This document shows, one piece after another, positions 1-10,815 of a stretch of DNA of 64,000 nucleotides (the first letter of the stretch is position 1; every line of letters starts with the position of its first letter). The notes under the pieces were generated by a model, which had not been told where the DNA came from, searched no databases, and saw only the letters and a list, made by a program, of their open reading frames with translations. Both the position numbers and the translations under genes were made by a program. The DNA is from Candidatus Latescibacterota bacterium (lineage in GTDB: Bacteria; Latescibacterota; UBA2968; UBA8231), in contig CBDCDC010000001.1 in assembly GCA_965215195.1 (NCBI GenBank), forward strand, positions 1,088,001-1,152,000, written 5' to 3'.

Positions 1-1
1 T

Positions 2-715
<714 letters not shown>

Positions 716-964
716 ACCTATCTCCTAAGACGCCCGGCGTCGGCCCAAGCGCGAGCCGCCCCGCAAACCATAAGGAGCCATATTCTTTATATGAGAGAGG
801 CGTACCAGTGCTATCCGCCACCGTAGCCGCCAAAGCTCTTTTGGCAATCTGCGGGTCAGCTTGGGCAGGTGCCTCAACAGGAGAAGTCCCACAACGGCGC
901 AATGCTGTATTGAAACCTGAGGGGGCTCCCATATAAGAATTCCGTCCTGTCTTGTGTACCGACG

Positions 965-1153
965 CTTACTGCACGACACCAGCCCTCAGCCTGCCAAGGA
1001 TCGAGGGCATCTTGCCCTCGTCGAGGGCGGGACGCCCTCGATCCCGCACCCGAGAGCAGGCGCAAGCCCGTGCTTGGGAACTGGTGCCCTCGATCCCGGA
1101 CCCATCGGAAACAGCAGAAAATGCGTACTCAAAGTAAGGTGTCGTGTACTAAG
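965..1153. mobile_element. MITE family A, copy 1 (189 bp)
   Basis: ends CTTACTGCACGACACC / GGTGTCGTGTACTAAG (14/16 inverted); perfect 9-bp flanking duplication GTACCGACG at 956-964 and 1154-1162; second copy at 10624. Confidence 0.9.
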
Positions 1154-1311
1154 GTACCGACGATACTGTGCGGGGAACTGTGTACAGCAGGCTTCGGTAT
1201 GCGTCAAGACCAAAGAAGGGGATCGCCATGGCAGTCAAAAGTCATCTAGCAGCAATAGCTGACCCCTGCTGTACATTGCCTATGGGCGGCGGCGTAGCTA
1301 CTTTCCGCCTT

Positions 1312-3276
1312 ATGTTAAAATTAAAAGCAAACTGCCTGTGGCTCCTTTTGTGTTGCGCCGGTTCCGCGTGGAGCGCCGAAATCCCGTTCCAGCGGGGCGT
1401 CAACCTGACCAATTGGCTGCAAGCGTCCAGTGTGCAGCACGTGCATTTTGCCAAGTTTGGCCGCGCCGACTTCGCGCACATCCAACAGCTCGGCTGCGAC
1501 GTGGTGCGCCTGCCGATCAATCTGCACGCCATGACCAGCGGTCCGCCGGATTACCGCATCGATCCCTTGCTCTACGACTTTCTCGATCAAATCGCGGATT
1601 GGGCCGATGAGTTGGGACTGCATCTGATTTTGGACAACCACACGTTTGATCCGGCGGTGAGTACGTCACCGGATATTGGCGACGTGCTGGTGCCGGTGTG
1701 GACCCAGCTTGCCGCGCACTTTGCCGCGCATCCGGCCCAGCTCTACTACGAGATCCTCAACGAGCCGCACGGCATTAGCGACGCGGCTTGGAACGCGATT
1801 CAGCAGCAGGTGATCGACGCGATCCGGCAGGTGGATCAGCAGCACGCGATCGTGGTTGGCCCGGCCAACTGGAACAGCTTCCGCAACCTGCACCGGATGC
1901 CGGTCTTTGCCGACGACAATCTCGTGTACACGTTTCACTTCTACGAGCCTTTCGTCTTTACCCACCAAGGCGCTAGCTGGACCAGTCCCTCCCTAGTGCC
2001 GCTGCGCGGTGTGCCCTTTCCCTACGAGCGGGCGCGCATGCCGGCGTTGCCCCCGTCCTTGTTGGGGACTTGGGTCGGCACTGCGCTGGGCAACTACAGC
2101 CAAGAGGGCACCATCGCGCAGGTGCGTATATTGATCGACGAGGCCGCGGCCTTTCGGAAGGATCGCGGGGTGCCGCTGTTTTGCGGGGAGTTTGGGGTGT
2201 ACAGTCCCAACAGCGACAACAGCGACCGCGTCTTGTGGTACGAGGTGGTGCGGCAGCACTTGGAGGAGCGGGGCATTGCGTGGACGATTTGGGACTATCG
2301 CGGCGGTTTTGGGCTGTTCGAGCGCGGGTCGGACGAGTTGTTCGAGTTTGACCTGAATGTGCCGCTGTTGGAGGCGTTGGGGCTGAACGTGCCGCCGCAA
2401 CAGGATTTTGTGGCCGAGCCAGACCAACAGGGTTTTGTGCTCTACGACGACTTCCTCGGCCCGCACATGGTTGAGTCCAACCACATCGGGGCGGGCACGG
2501 TCAACTACTACGCCGAAGATGATCCAGTGGTGGGCCGCTACTGCATGCGCTGGACCGGAGTGCCGCTCTACGGGTTCATTGGCTTCGACTTCAAGCCTTT
2601 TAAGGATTTGTCCGCGTTGGCCGCGACGGGCTATGCGGTCGAGTTCTGGGTGCGGGGAGATACGCCGGGGTCGTCGTTTGACATTCGCTGGGTTGATACG
2701 GATGCGGAAGACCCGGACGACCACCCTTGGCGCATGCGCTATACGATAGACGAGCAGGTGGTGCCGTGGGACGGCGCGTGGCACCAGGTGCGGGTGCCGC
2801 TTGGAGACTTTGCCGAGCACGGAGCTTGGGAGAACGAGTGGTTCAATCCGATCGGCGCGTTCGACTGGCAGGCGATTGACCGCTTCGACATCGTGGCCGA
2901 GCACCACGCCTTAGACGGGATCCAGTTCTGGTTCGACGAGCTGCGGATTGTGGGGCCGGCGCTGACGGCCGTGCGCCACGAGGCCGCGTCCCAGCCAGCC
3001 GCGTTGGTCTTGGCCGCGAATTATCCCAACCCGTTCAACGCGACGACCGCGATCCGCTACGCGCTGCCGGCCGCCGGTCCGGTGCGGCTATCGGTCTATG
3101 CGCTGAACGGCCAGCAGGTGCGGACGCTGGTGCAGGGCGCGGCGGCTCCGGGGTGGCATGTGGTGCGCTGGGATGGGCGCGACGCGGCCGGGCGGCCGGT
3201 GGCCAGCGGCGCGTACCTGTATCGCTTGGCCGCTGTGGGTGGGGTGCGGACTGGGAAGATGACGTTGGTGCGCTGA
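1312..3276 (+). CDS. secreted GH5 glycoside hydrolase with CBM-like domain and FlgD/T9SS-like C-terminal domain
   Basis: signal peptide; RGVNL, VVRLPI, LILDNH, YEILNEP (acid/base), FHFYEP, LFCGEFG (nucleophile), WTIWDY; C-terminal NYPNPFN...WDGRD...ASGAYLYRL...KMTLVR. Confidence 0.9.
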   Translation: MLKLKANCLWLLLCCAGSAWSAEIPFQRGVNLTNWLQASSVQHVHFAKFGRADFAHIQQLGCDVVRLPINLHAMTSGPPDYRIDPLLYDFLDQIADWADELGLHLILDNHTFDPAVSTSPDIGDVLVPVWTQLAAHFAAHPAQLYYEILNEPHGISDAAWNAIQQQVIDAIRQVDQQHAIVVGPANWNSFRNLHRMPVFADDNLVYTFHFYEPFVFTHQGASWTSPSLVPLRGVPFPYERARMPALPPSLLGTWVGTALGNYSQEGTIAQVRILIDEAAAFRKDRGVPLFCGEFGVYSPNSDNSDRVLWYEVVRQHLEERGIAWTIWDYRGGFGLFERGSDELFEFDLNVPLLEALGLNVPPQQDFVAEPDQQGFVLYDDFLGPHMVESNHIGAGTVNYYAEDDPVVGRYCMRWTGVPLYGFIGFDFKPFKDLSALAATGYAVEFWVRGDTPGSSFDIRWVDTDAEDPDDHPWRMRYTIDEQVVPWDGAWHQVRVPLGDFAEHGAWENEWFNPIGAFDWQAIDRFDIVAEHHALDGIQFWFDELRIVGPALTAVRHEAASQPAALVLAANYPNPFNATTAIRYALPAAGPVRLSVYALNGQQVRTLVQGAAAPGWHVVRWDGRDAAGRPVASGAYLYRLAAVGGVRTGKMTLVR

Positions 3277-3374
3277 AGCTAACGCTTGTGGTCCGCGTTT
3301 TGCTTTTGTCAAACGGCGGGGTGCTCTATTGAAGGGGTGCCCGTCGGCGAGTACATTACCCCAGTAAGCAGGAG

Positions 3375-3671
3375 ATGGCAGACATGGCAGAACGTTCCCC
3401 CCTCGACTATGGTGACCGCGTTGGCCGCCTCGAAGGCATCACCGAGCAGATCAACGACCGCCTCGGCAGCTTGGAACTGCGCTTAGGCAGCGTGAAGAGC
3501 GACTTAGAGGCCCATATAAACAGCGCGAAGAGCGACTTAGAGAGCCGCATCAGCAGCTTGGAGCGCAGCCACCGACGGGACTTTCGCTGGCTGATCGGTA
3601 CGATGATCGGCATGTGGGCGACGATGATGGGCTTGCTGTTGACGGTGGCGGTTAAGGTCTTTTCGGGCTAG
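3375..3671 (+). CDS. coiled-coil protein with C-terminal TM anchor (DUF1640/Bdr-like)
   Basis: SD AGGAG; 11-aa repeat SVKSDLEAHIN/SAKSDLESRIS; FRWLIGTMIGMW hydrophobic tail. Confidence 0.65.
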   Translation: MADMAERSPLDYGDRVGRLEGITEQINDRLGSLELRLGSVKSDLEAHINSAKSDLESRISSLERSHRRDFRWLIGTMIGMWATMMGLLLTVAVKVFSG

Positions 3672-3820
3672 CCGAAACTGTTACCGCACAGGGTTGAGTG
3701 TTACCTCACCTCCACACCCCCCCTGCGAATTTCCAGTACTGCAGAATCAGGTTGATGCACGTGGCAGCAGCGAGGAAGTCGTGCTGTCGGCGATGTGCAG
3801 ATCTCGACGCGGGCAGATTC

Positions 3821-5281
3821 CTACTCAGCACGTCGTGCATCATTGCAATCTTCCAGCCAATAGGCGTATAGCCGCGCTTGATGCAGGTAGAACTTCAGGC
3901 GAACCGGTTTTTCAAATACCAGATCGTGCGGGTGTTTCCACGCGTATTTGGCCCGCAGGCTGTCGCCGGTAAAGGGCGGCGGCTCCTCCCCGGGCACCCA
4001 GAAGCCGGGATGGGGCCTGCCGGTCTCGGCGTCTTGGATCTCGGCGTAGATTTCGCCCCAGCGGGCGTCGGCGTTGAGGTAGAGGTCTTGGCCGCGCCAG
4101 TGGAAGGGTTGGGTGACGAGGGTGGCGATTTGGTCGCCGTCAATGGAGACGAAGCGGTCGGGCGGCAGCTTGGCCAAGCAGAGTGCGCCCGGATCGGCGA
4201 AGTGGCGCTCGCCGACGCCGAGCCGGAACAGCTCCTTGCAGCGGTTGAAGCGCCGGTACATTTCCACGCTGCCTGGCATTCGCAGGGCGTTGTAGTAAAT
4301 CCAAATCTCGCTGTCTTCGCGCACCAGCGGCGCACCGGCCATGAGGAGCTGGCTGGTGCCGTAGTTTTCCCCGTCCCAAGGTTCGATGCCGATAAAAGGT
4401 GTGCGGTCGGCCACGCGGTCCCAAGTGCGTAGGTCGCGCGAGACGGCCATTTCGATCTGGTTGATGCGGGTGAAATTGGTGGCTGGCGGCGGGATGGCAC
4501 CGATGGGGTTGAAAACCGTGGGGAATCCGATGTACAGCCCCTGATAGGGCATGACCGCCATGTTGTAGATCTCGGCGTGGTAGTCTTGGTCATCGACGAT
4601 TGGCGGGGTGATGTACGCTGGGTCGTCGATGATGGTGCGGACGCGCTGGCGGCAGTTTTCCCAGTCGGTTTCGTCGGCGTGGAAGATGAGCTCGGGCGCG
4701 GTGAAGTGGTCGAAATCGCGGCTGGTCGCCAGCCAGACCGAGCGGCCCCATTCGGTGGGCTGCTTGACCAAGGCGAGGTATTGCTCGGTATAGGGGTCGT
4801 GCGCGAACTGGGACTCGTCTTGGCTGGGGACAAAGGCGCTGGGAAGCGGGGTCCAAGCAAAGCCATCGGGCGAGACTGCGCCGCAGCGGCCGCGGCCGTT
4901 GAACAGGGCCTTGTAGCGGCGGCCCGGGTCTGGGTCGCGCTCGTCGCGGACGATGTGGTACAGGCCCGGGCCGTTGGGGTCGCAGGCGATGTTGTTGTCT
5001 TTGCTGCCGTTCCACTCGTAGAGCCTCAAGGAGGGTTTTTCCCAGTGTGCGCCGTCGCGAGAGATGGCCAAGCGGGCCTGCGGGCCGTTGTACCACCATT
5101 CGTAGCGCGCCGCGTCCGGGTTCCACAAGGGTGCGCTGCGGCTCTGGATGCCGCCGGTGATGCAGGGGCCGCACCTTTTGGGCGGGTGCAGGGTGCGGGT
5201 GGTGCCTTGCTCAGAGACTAAGGCGCGGCTGTCGAGGAAGAGCTGGCGGTGCTTTTGGGGATTGATGAGGGCGGTGGACAT
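3821..5281 (-). CDS. GH32/GH43-like beta-propeller protein of unknown specificity
   Basis: N-terminal RQLFLD; repeated Asp-box-like S.DG..W / SRDF..F / SRDL..W; C-terminal LYLNADA...PVRLKFYLHQARLYAY. Confidence 0.65.
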   Translation of the reverse strand: MSTALINPQKHRQLFLDSRALVSEQGTTRTLHPPKRCGPCITGGIQSRSAPLWNPDAARYEWWYNGPQARLAISRDGAHWEKPSLRLYEWNGSKDNNIACDPNGPGLYHIVRDERDPDPGRRYKALFNGRGRCGAVSPDGFAWTPLPSAFVPSQDESQFAHDPYTEQYLALVKQPTEWGRSVWLATSRDFDHFTAPELIFHADETDWENCRQRVRTIIDDPAYITPPIVDDQDYHAEIYNMAVMPYQGLYIGFPTVFNPIGAIPPPATNFTRINQIEMAVSRDLRTWDRVADRTPFIGIEPWDGENYGTSQLLMAGAPLVREDSEIWIYYNALRMPGSVEMYRRFNRCKELFRLGVGERHFADPGALCLAKLPPDRFVSIDGDQIATLVTQPFHWRGQDLYLNADARWGEIYAEIQDAETGRPHPGFWVPGEEPPPFTGDSLRAKYAWKHPHDLVFEKPVRLKFYLHQARLYAYWLEDCNDARRAE

Positions 5282-5290
5282 GGTTGTCGC

Positions 5291-6292
5291 TCATAGCGCA
5301 AACGGCGGAATGCGGAGGAACGCGCCCCCTTGCCGGGCGGACTCTTGGGCCAGCAGGCAGGCTTGGGCGGTGGCGAACACCGAGCGGGTGGGGATGAAGA
5401 GGTCGGTGCCGCGTTCGAGGGCGTCGATCAGGTTGGCGACAAACGCGCCGCCTTGATCGGCGGGCAAATCGGGTGCGTACGGGCCGCGCTCGTTGGTGGC
5501 GATGAGCAAGTGATCGCTGGCATAGGCGCGCAGGTGCGCCGAGCCGGCCGTGCCCATGATGATGAAGCGGGTGTCGCCAAACGAGGGCGCGGCTTGGGGC
5601 GTGAGCCAGTCGGCCGTGAGGGTCGCCAATGCGCCGTCGGAGAGCTCAAAGGAAGCCTGCATGTGGTCGTCTAAGCGCGGCTCAGCCGTGAACCGCTTGC
5701 AGGTGGCGAGGGCGTGGACGCCGACGCATTCGGCATTGGTGAGCCAGCGGACTTGATCGACGCCGTGGCAAGCTAGGTCGTGGAACGCGCCCGTGTACTG
5801 ATTCGGGTCAAAATACCAAGCTGGGGCGGTGGCGCGGCCGAGCTTGTGCGGGTGGGTGGAGATGAGGCTGGCGATGGTCCCGAGTGCGCCGTTGAGGATG
5901 GCTTGGCGCAGGGCGATAAACGGCGGATAGCTGCGCGAGGTGAACCACATGGACACGTGGATTGCGCTGGCGGCCACGGCGCGGCGCATGCGCTCCCAGT
6001 CCTCGAGTGTGCGGCACAGGGGTTTGTCGAGGAGCAGGTGAATGCCGGCGCGGGCGCAGGTTTCCACGAGCGCGGTTTTCTCGTGGTGGATCAAGCCTTC
6101 GAGGATTAGCTCGGGCCGGGCGCGGGCGATCAGGTCCTCTAAGGTGGCAAAGCGGGGGATGGATGCGTAGCGCGCACAGAGTGCGTCGTCGTCTTCGACC
6201 AAGCCGACGATGTGCCCGTTTGATGCCTGTAAGGCGGATTGGATCATGCCACTAATGTGGCCGTAGTGGACGCCCATGATGCCGATGCGCAT
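5291..6292 (-). CDS. Gfo/Idh/MocA family oxidoreductase
   Basis: MRIGIMG Rossmann start, HLLLDKPL, GAFHDLACHGVD. Confidence 0.88.
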   Translation of the reverse strand: MRIGIMGVHYGHISGMIQSALQASNGHIVGLVEDDDALCARYASIPRFATLEDLIARARPELILEGLIHHEKTALVETCARAGIHLLLDKPLCRTLEDWERMRRAVAASAIHVSMWFTSRSYPPFIALRQAILNGALGTIASLISTHPHKLGRATAPAWYFDPNQYTGAFHDLACHGVDQVRWLTNAECVGVHALATCKRFTAEPRLDDHMQASFELSDGALATLTADWLTPQAAPSFGDTRFIIMGTAGSAHLRAYASDHLLIATNERGPYAPDLPADQGGAFVANLIDALERGTDLFIPTRSVFATAQACLLAQESARQGGAFLRIPPFAL

Positions 6293-6498
6293 GATGAATA
6301 CTCCGAGTGAGGTGTGCGCGGGAAGATAAGACGCAGCCGATGAGTGCGCTACGTGTATTCAGGCGCGAGAAAGGACCCGAACCATGTCTAATTGGCTCAC
6401 CGCAATTTGCAGCGCGGCTGGCGCAAGCGGGTCGAGACCCCAAGCCGAGGCCGAAGCTCTGATGCGCGAAAAGACCGCTTTCTACGTGTGGGGCTCGC

Positions 6499-8262
6499 CT
6501 AGGCCGACAGCCGCCGCACGTACGCGTAATAAGGGGCGATGGTCCGCTCGGTGCGGTCGTAGAACGAGGCGTAGAGCCGGTCGGGGCCAGCCGCGAGGTC
6601 CAGCTCAAAGCGGACGCTCGGCGCGGTGGGATCGACTTCTTGCTGGAGATTCTGGCCGCCGATTGTTAGTTGGGCCCAGCCGAGGCCGAGGGCAACCCCG
6701 CCCTCGTAGGCCGGCGCATCTTTAGGCTGGATACCATCGCGGTACCAGCCGCTGTCGTCGCCTTCAATTCCCGCAGCAAGCGCATAGCCGGTTTCCTCGG
6801 GCCAGCGCCGCAGCTCAATCTGGTAGCGGCCCGCCTCTTTGACATCAACGGCCCAAAAGCCACTCGTGATCTGCCCGGCGCGGACTTGGCGCTGATTCCA
6901 GACGGCGCTACACGCCTCATTGCGGATGTCGTGGGTAGTGAGTTTGACGGGTTGGTCGTCCCGGCCCAAGGCAATTGGCTCGTCGCGGTCGAACTGCGCG
7001 GACACGAGATCCCACCACTCATTGTACGCGGCGCGCAACTCGGCGGCGATGTCGGGATGTGCAGCGGCGATGTCCTGCCGCTGGCCGGGATCGGCGCCGA
7101 GGTCGTAGAGTGCGTGGCCGTCGATGAGCCGCCACTTGTCCTTCATTACTGCGCTCTTGCGCCATTTGACCGGATGGGCCACGCGCTGGGTGTCGCAGAA
7201 GGTGACGCGGGCGGCCCACGCTGCTTCGTCTGCGCCGCCCAGCAGCGGCGCTAGGCTCTGGCCGTGGAAGCTGCGGCCGGCTGGGACTTCTACTCCGCAC
7301 AAGTCGAGCAGGGTTGGCATGAAATCCACGTAGCTGGTCAGCGCGTCAATGTCGCGGCCGCCGGCGATGTGCCCGTTGGGGTAGCGGATGAGGAAGGGTA
7401 CGCGGTGGCCGCCTTCGTAGGCCGAGCCTTTCTTGCCGCGCATTCCGGCGTTGTAGCTGCCCGGGCCTTCGCGGGGAAACTGATCGGCGTCCAATTCGAC
7501 GCCCGTGGCCGTGCCGTTGTCGGTCATAAAGATGAGGATGGTATTGTCGGCGATACCCAATTCGTTGAGATGGGCTTGCAAGCGGCCGAAGTTCTCGTCA
7601 ATGTTGGCGATCATGCCGTAGAAGCGGGCGCGCTCCTCGTGCGGGGTGGCGTCGCGGTATGGCTCGACGTAGTGTGGCTCGACGTTGAGTGGCCCGTGCG
7701 GCGCGTTGGTGGCGATGTAACAGAAGAAGGGCTGGTCGGCGTTTTCTTGGATAAAGCGCCGACCCTCGCGGAAGAACACGTCCGTGCAATAGCCCTCGTA
7801 CGGGGTGGGGACGCCGTTTTTGAAATAGGTGTCGTCAAAGTAGTCGTTGCCCCAGGCGTCGCCCGTGTTGCCGATGCCGCCGCCGGCGTGATACACGGAT
7901 TCGGCAAAGCCGCGCTCGTGCGGCCGGTAGGGCGGGCTGTCGCCGAGGTGCCACTTGCCGAAGTGCCCGGTGCAGTAGCCGGCACCCGTGAGCGCGTCGG
8001 CGAGGGTCCACTCGTCGGCGCACAACAGGGAGCGGCCGCCAATGGTGTGCCAGACGCCGGCGCTGTTGCAGTAGTGACCGGTGAGGAGGCCGGCGCGGGT
8101 GGGGGCGCAGGTGGAGCCGACGTGGTAGTTGGTGAAGCGCACGGCCTCTTGGTGGAAGCGGTCGAGGCAAGGCGTGCGGATTGCGCTGTTGCCGTGGCAG
8201 GCGAGGTCGCCGTAGCCTTGGTCGTCGGTGAGGACGAAGACGATGTTGGGGCGCGAGTTCAT
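6499..8262 (-). CDS. arylsulfatase (formylglycine type)
   Basis: PNIVFVLTDDQGYGD, CAPTRAGLLTG (CxPxR), GKWHLG, DNG, GKKGSAYEGGHRVP; ATG overlaps stop of the upstream gene. Confidence 0.93.
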   Translation of the reverse strand: MNSRPNIVFVLTDDQGYGDLACHGNSAIRTPCLDRFHQEAVRFTNYHVGSTCAPTRAGLLTGHYCNSAGVWHTIGGRSLLCADEWTLADALTGAGYCTGHFGKWHLGDSPPYRPHERGFAESVYHAGGGIGNTGDAWGNDYFDDTYFKNGVPTPYEGYCTDVFFREGRRFIQENADQPFFCYIATNAPHGPLNVEPHYVEPYRDATPHEERARFYGMIANIDENFGRLQAHLNELGIADNTILIFMTDNGTATGVELDADQFPREGPGSYNAGMRGKKGSAYEGGHRVPFLIRYPNGHIAGGRDIDALTSYVDFMPTLLDLCGVEVPAGRSFHGQSLAPLLGGADEAAWAARVTFCDTQRVAHPVKWRKSAVMKDKWRLIDGHALYDLGADPGQRQDIAAAHPDIAAELRAAYNEWWDLVSAQFDRDEPIALGRDDQPVKLTTHDIRNEACSAVWNQRQVRAGQITSGFWAVDVKEAGRYQIELRRWPEETGYALAAGIEGDDSGWYRDGIQPKDAPAYEGGVALGLGWAQLTIGGQNLQQEVDPTAPSVRFELDLAAGPDRLYASFYDRTERTIAPYYAYVRRLSA

Positions 8263-8993
8263 TGTTCTGCGCGCCACGCTTCGTATTCGGCGCGGGCTTC
8301 TTCGCTGAGCGGGTAGTATTTGCGCAGGTGCCCGCCCGCGGCCAGTCTCATGCGGCTGAAGTCCTCCCACTCGGCGTGGGCGTGGGCCTTTTCAGTCAGT
8401 TCCGGGGCGAGCTGGGCCGGGACGACGGTGGCACCGTCGTCGTCGGCCACGATGATGTCCCCGGGCATGACGAGGGTGTCGCCGCAGGCGATGGGCACGT
8501 TGACTGCGAAGGGGAAGATGTTGGTTTGGGTGTGGAAGTTGGGGGTGGTGCCGCGCAGCCAAAGCCCAATGTCGAGGTCTTCGATCACCTTGGGGAAGTC
8601 GCGGATGCAGCCGTCAATGACCGCGCCGATGCCGCCGCGCCCCATGAAGAAGGTGAGCATCATCTCGCCGAAGACCCCGCTGTGCAGGTCGCCGCGCGCA
8701 TCGACGACGATGATGTCGCCGGGTTGGGTGTGGTACAGGGCGTGGCGGTGGAGTTGCTTTTCCGGGTCGGCGTATTCATCGACCGAGTATTGGTCTTCGC
8801 GCTTGGGCATAAACTGCAAGGTCAGGGCCGGGCCGACGATGTGCTTGCCCGGGGTGCGGGCGACCGGGCCTTGGATGTGGGGGTCGCGGATGCCCAAGCG
8901 GGCCAGTTCGCCGGCCGCGGTTGCGCTGGTGATGGAGGCGAGGGCGTCGACGAGGTCTTTGGGAGGGCGTTGGATGTCGTTGGTTTGGACCAT
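8259..8993 (-). CDS. RraA / HMG-aldolase family protein
   Basis: IVGPALTLQF, GDIIVVDARG, GVFGEMM, GAVIDGCIRD, VMPGDIIVADDDG. Confidence 0.88.
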   Translation of the reverse strand: MVQTNDIQRPPKDLVDALASITSATAAGELARLGIRDPHIQGPVARTPGKHIVGPALTLQFMPKREDQYSVDEYADPEKQLHRHALYHTQPGDIIVVDARGDLHSGVFGEMMLTFFMGRGGIGAVIDGCIRDFPKVIEDLDIGLWLRGTTPNFHTQTNIFPFAVNVPIACGDTLVMPGDIIVADDDGATVVPAQLAPELTEKAHAHAEWEDFSRMRLAAGGHLRKYYPLSEEARAEYEAWRAEQ

Positions 8994-9144
8994 GGTGTCT
9001 CCTGTCTTTAGGTGCGGGTACTTCGTTTAAGCTAAGAACGAGGCGTCGGCAGGGCCAATGTCGAATGAGTAGCAGGGGTTTAAGAGGTTGGCTATTATTG
9101 GACCGCTGGCATAGTGGTAAGCCCTCCCAATGAGGAGATGACCT

Positions 9145-9672
9145 ATGTTGACCCGCCTGAAAGTCTCTAACTTCAAGAATTTGGTAGATGTGGATTTGGC
9201 TCTCGGTCCGTTTACCTGTGTGGTCGGGCCGAATGGGGTGGGTAAGTCGAACTTGTTCGACGCGATTCGCTTTCTGAGCGCACTGGCCAATCACACGCTC
9301 ATGGAGGCCGCCGCCGCTGTGCGGGATCAAGACAGCCGCACAGCACCCGTGCGCGACCTTTTTCACCGCGTGGGCAACCACTATGCCGAGCGCATGACCT
9401 TTGAGGCAGAGATGATCGTGCCCGGTCGGGCCATCGACGACTTGGGGCAGGAGGCCGAGGCCAGTATTACGTTTTTGCGCTATTCTTTAGAGCTTTCCTA
9501 CCGAGAGACGGACGATAGCTTGGTGCGAGGGACCCTCGCTATCGCAAAAGAAGAATGGCTCTACCCCCGGTCGAACGGAAAGGTAGACGCACTGGCACTT
9601 CATCGCTGGACGATCAACGAGACGGGGCTGTGCAGGGCCACCGCCACAACTCATCCAAAGTGGACTAGGTAG
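9145..9672 (+). pseudogene. truncated ABC/AAA_21-type ATPase fused to a fragment of a paralogue of the 10850..13225 gene
   Basis: MLTRLKVSNFKNL...VVGPNGVGKSNLFDAIRFL (Walker A), no Walker B; after about aa 136 the sequence switches to [21 protein letters not shown]. Confidence 0.8.
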
Positions 9673-9702
9673 GTCGTCGTCGACCCGTCCCGGCTGAAGG
9701 AA
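9565..9702 (+). repeat. diverged direct copy of 12728..12865
   Basis: ungapped alignment at offset 3163 nt, CCCCGGTCGAACGGAAAGGT...GACCCGTCCCGGCTG in both. Confidence 0.9.
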
Positions 9703-9707
9703 GTCGA

Positions 9708-10556
9708 GTGCCCGAATTCATTAACACTCTGGGAGATTCTATCGCCATGGACATTGACGCTGATGTACCCGAGGGAAATCGCTTCTTGCAGCTCGTTTGG
9801 TCTCTCGAAGATGAATGCCAGGCCCAGACCGATCGTCGGATTTGCGATCTCGGCAAGAAGGCACCGGAGTGTTTGAAGCAACTTGGCACATTGCTCTCTC
9901 TAATGGATCGCATGGCTAGTTGCTGGTGGGTTTGTCGAAAGGGCGATCATCGAATCGAATACCTGTGTGGCCGCGCTACGTCTAATGCCCGAGCGGCACT
10001 GCGACTCGTCCGATTTGGCTTTTACGACGAAGTGCTGGTCTTGAGTAGAGGACTCGGAGAAATCGCGAATCTGATGCAACTCTTCTGTCGCGATGCCGAC
10101 GCACTCGATGAATGGAAGAACGCTTCGCCGGCGAAAATTCGCGGGGATTTTTCGCCGGTGAAGGTACGGCGCCGAATCGAAAATCTCCTTATGTCGCCCG
10201 TCATCGGAAAGGATCGTTACAGGCGTCTGAGTGAACGTGCTGCTCACGTACATCCCGGCACCACGCCGCAAAGCCACAACATCCTTGGCAGGCCCAGTAC
10301 AGGTTCACAACTACAAGATGCGGGAATATTGGTTTGCTTGAACGAACTAGCCCTTCCTTTGTGCATCATTGTGGCTTTCGGAGCCAAGTTGCTTGCCCTC
10401 AACAAAGAGACAGAAAAATACATCTTTTCGTCGGCTCGAACTCTCGCAGAACAGATAGGCGACGCCAGCATTACCAAAATCGACGAATATTACCAGCAAA
10501 CCCTCGAGCATTTAAAATTTATAGAACTAGGACTTACGCAATCTCCATGCGAATAG
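9708..10556 (+). CDS. DUF5677/HEPN-like protein
   Basis: AALRLVRFGFYDEVLVLSRGLGE (L..G.....L.R...E) and YRRLSERAAH (YxxLSxxxH); AT-richer than flanks. Confidence 0.55.
   Translation: MPEFINTLGDSIAMDIDADVPEGNRFLQLVWSLEDECQAQTDRRICDLGKKAPECLKQLGTLLSLMDRMASCWWVCRKGDHRIEYLCGRATSNARAALRLVRFGFYDEVLVLSRGLGEIANLMQLFCRDADALDEWKNASPAKIRGDFSPVKVRRRIENLLMSPVIGKDRYRRLSERAAHVHPGTTPQSHNILGRPSTGSQLQDAGILVCLNELALPLCIIVAFGAKLLALNKETEKYIFSSARTLAEQIGDASITKIDEYYQQTLEHLKFIELGLTQSPCE
10528..10540 (+). mobile_element. solo IS701-type terminal sequence
   Basis: TAGGACTTACGCA is identical to the first 13 nt of the IS at 60033; no matching right end nearby. Confidence 0.55.
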
Positions 10557-10623
10557 CAGGCGCTTGACCGAGGTGGAGACCGGAGTGGTCTTATGAAACG
10601 GCTACAAATTTTGCGAACAGGTG

Positions 10624-10755
10624 CTTACTACACGCCACCAGCCCTCAGCCTGCCAAGGATCGAGGGCGTCCCGCCCTCGATCCCGGACCCAGCGGAAACC
10701 GCAGAAAAGGCGTACTCAAAGTAAGGGTCGCCTACTTTAGGGGTCGTGTACTAAG
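10624..10755. mobile_element. MITE family A, copy 2 (132 bp)
   Basis: same ends as 965..1153; flanks GAACAGGTG (10615-10623) and GGACAGGTG (10756-10764), an 8/9 target duplication. Confidence 0.88.
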
Positions 10756-10815
10756 GGACAGGTGTAAAAACGATGCAAATTTTGCGGGCGTATAGAAAAA
10801 TAGTGCAAATTTTGC

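Noticed and set aside
6384-6500. SD + ATG short ORF between the oxidoreductase and the sulfatase
   Set aside because: May be another gene remnant, but no family is recognisable
1666-8316. Long antisense and alternative-frame ORFs over recognised genes (e.g. 1993..2907, 3895..4866, 7264..8316)
   Set aside because: Expected in high-GC DNA; they lack motifs and overlap well-supported CDSs
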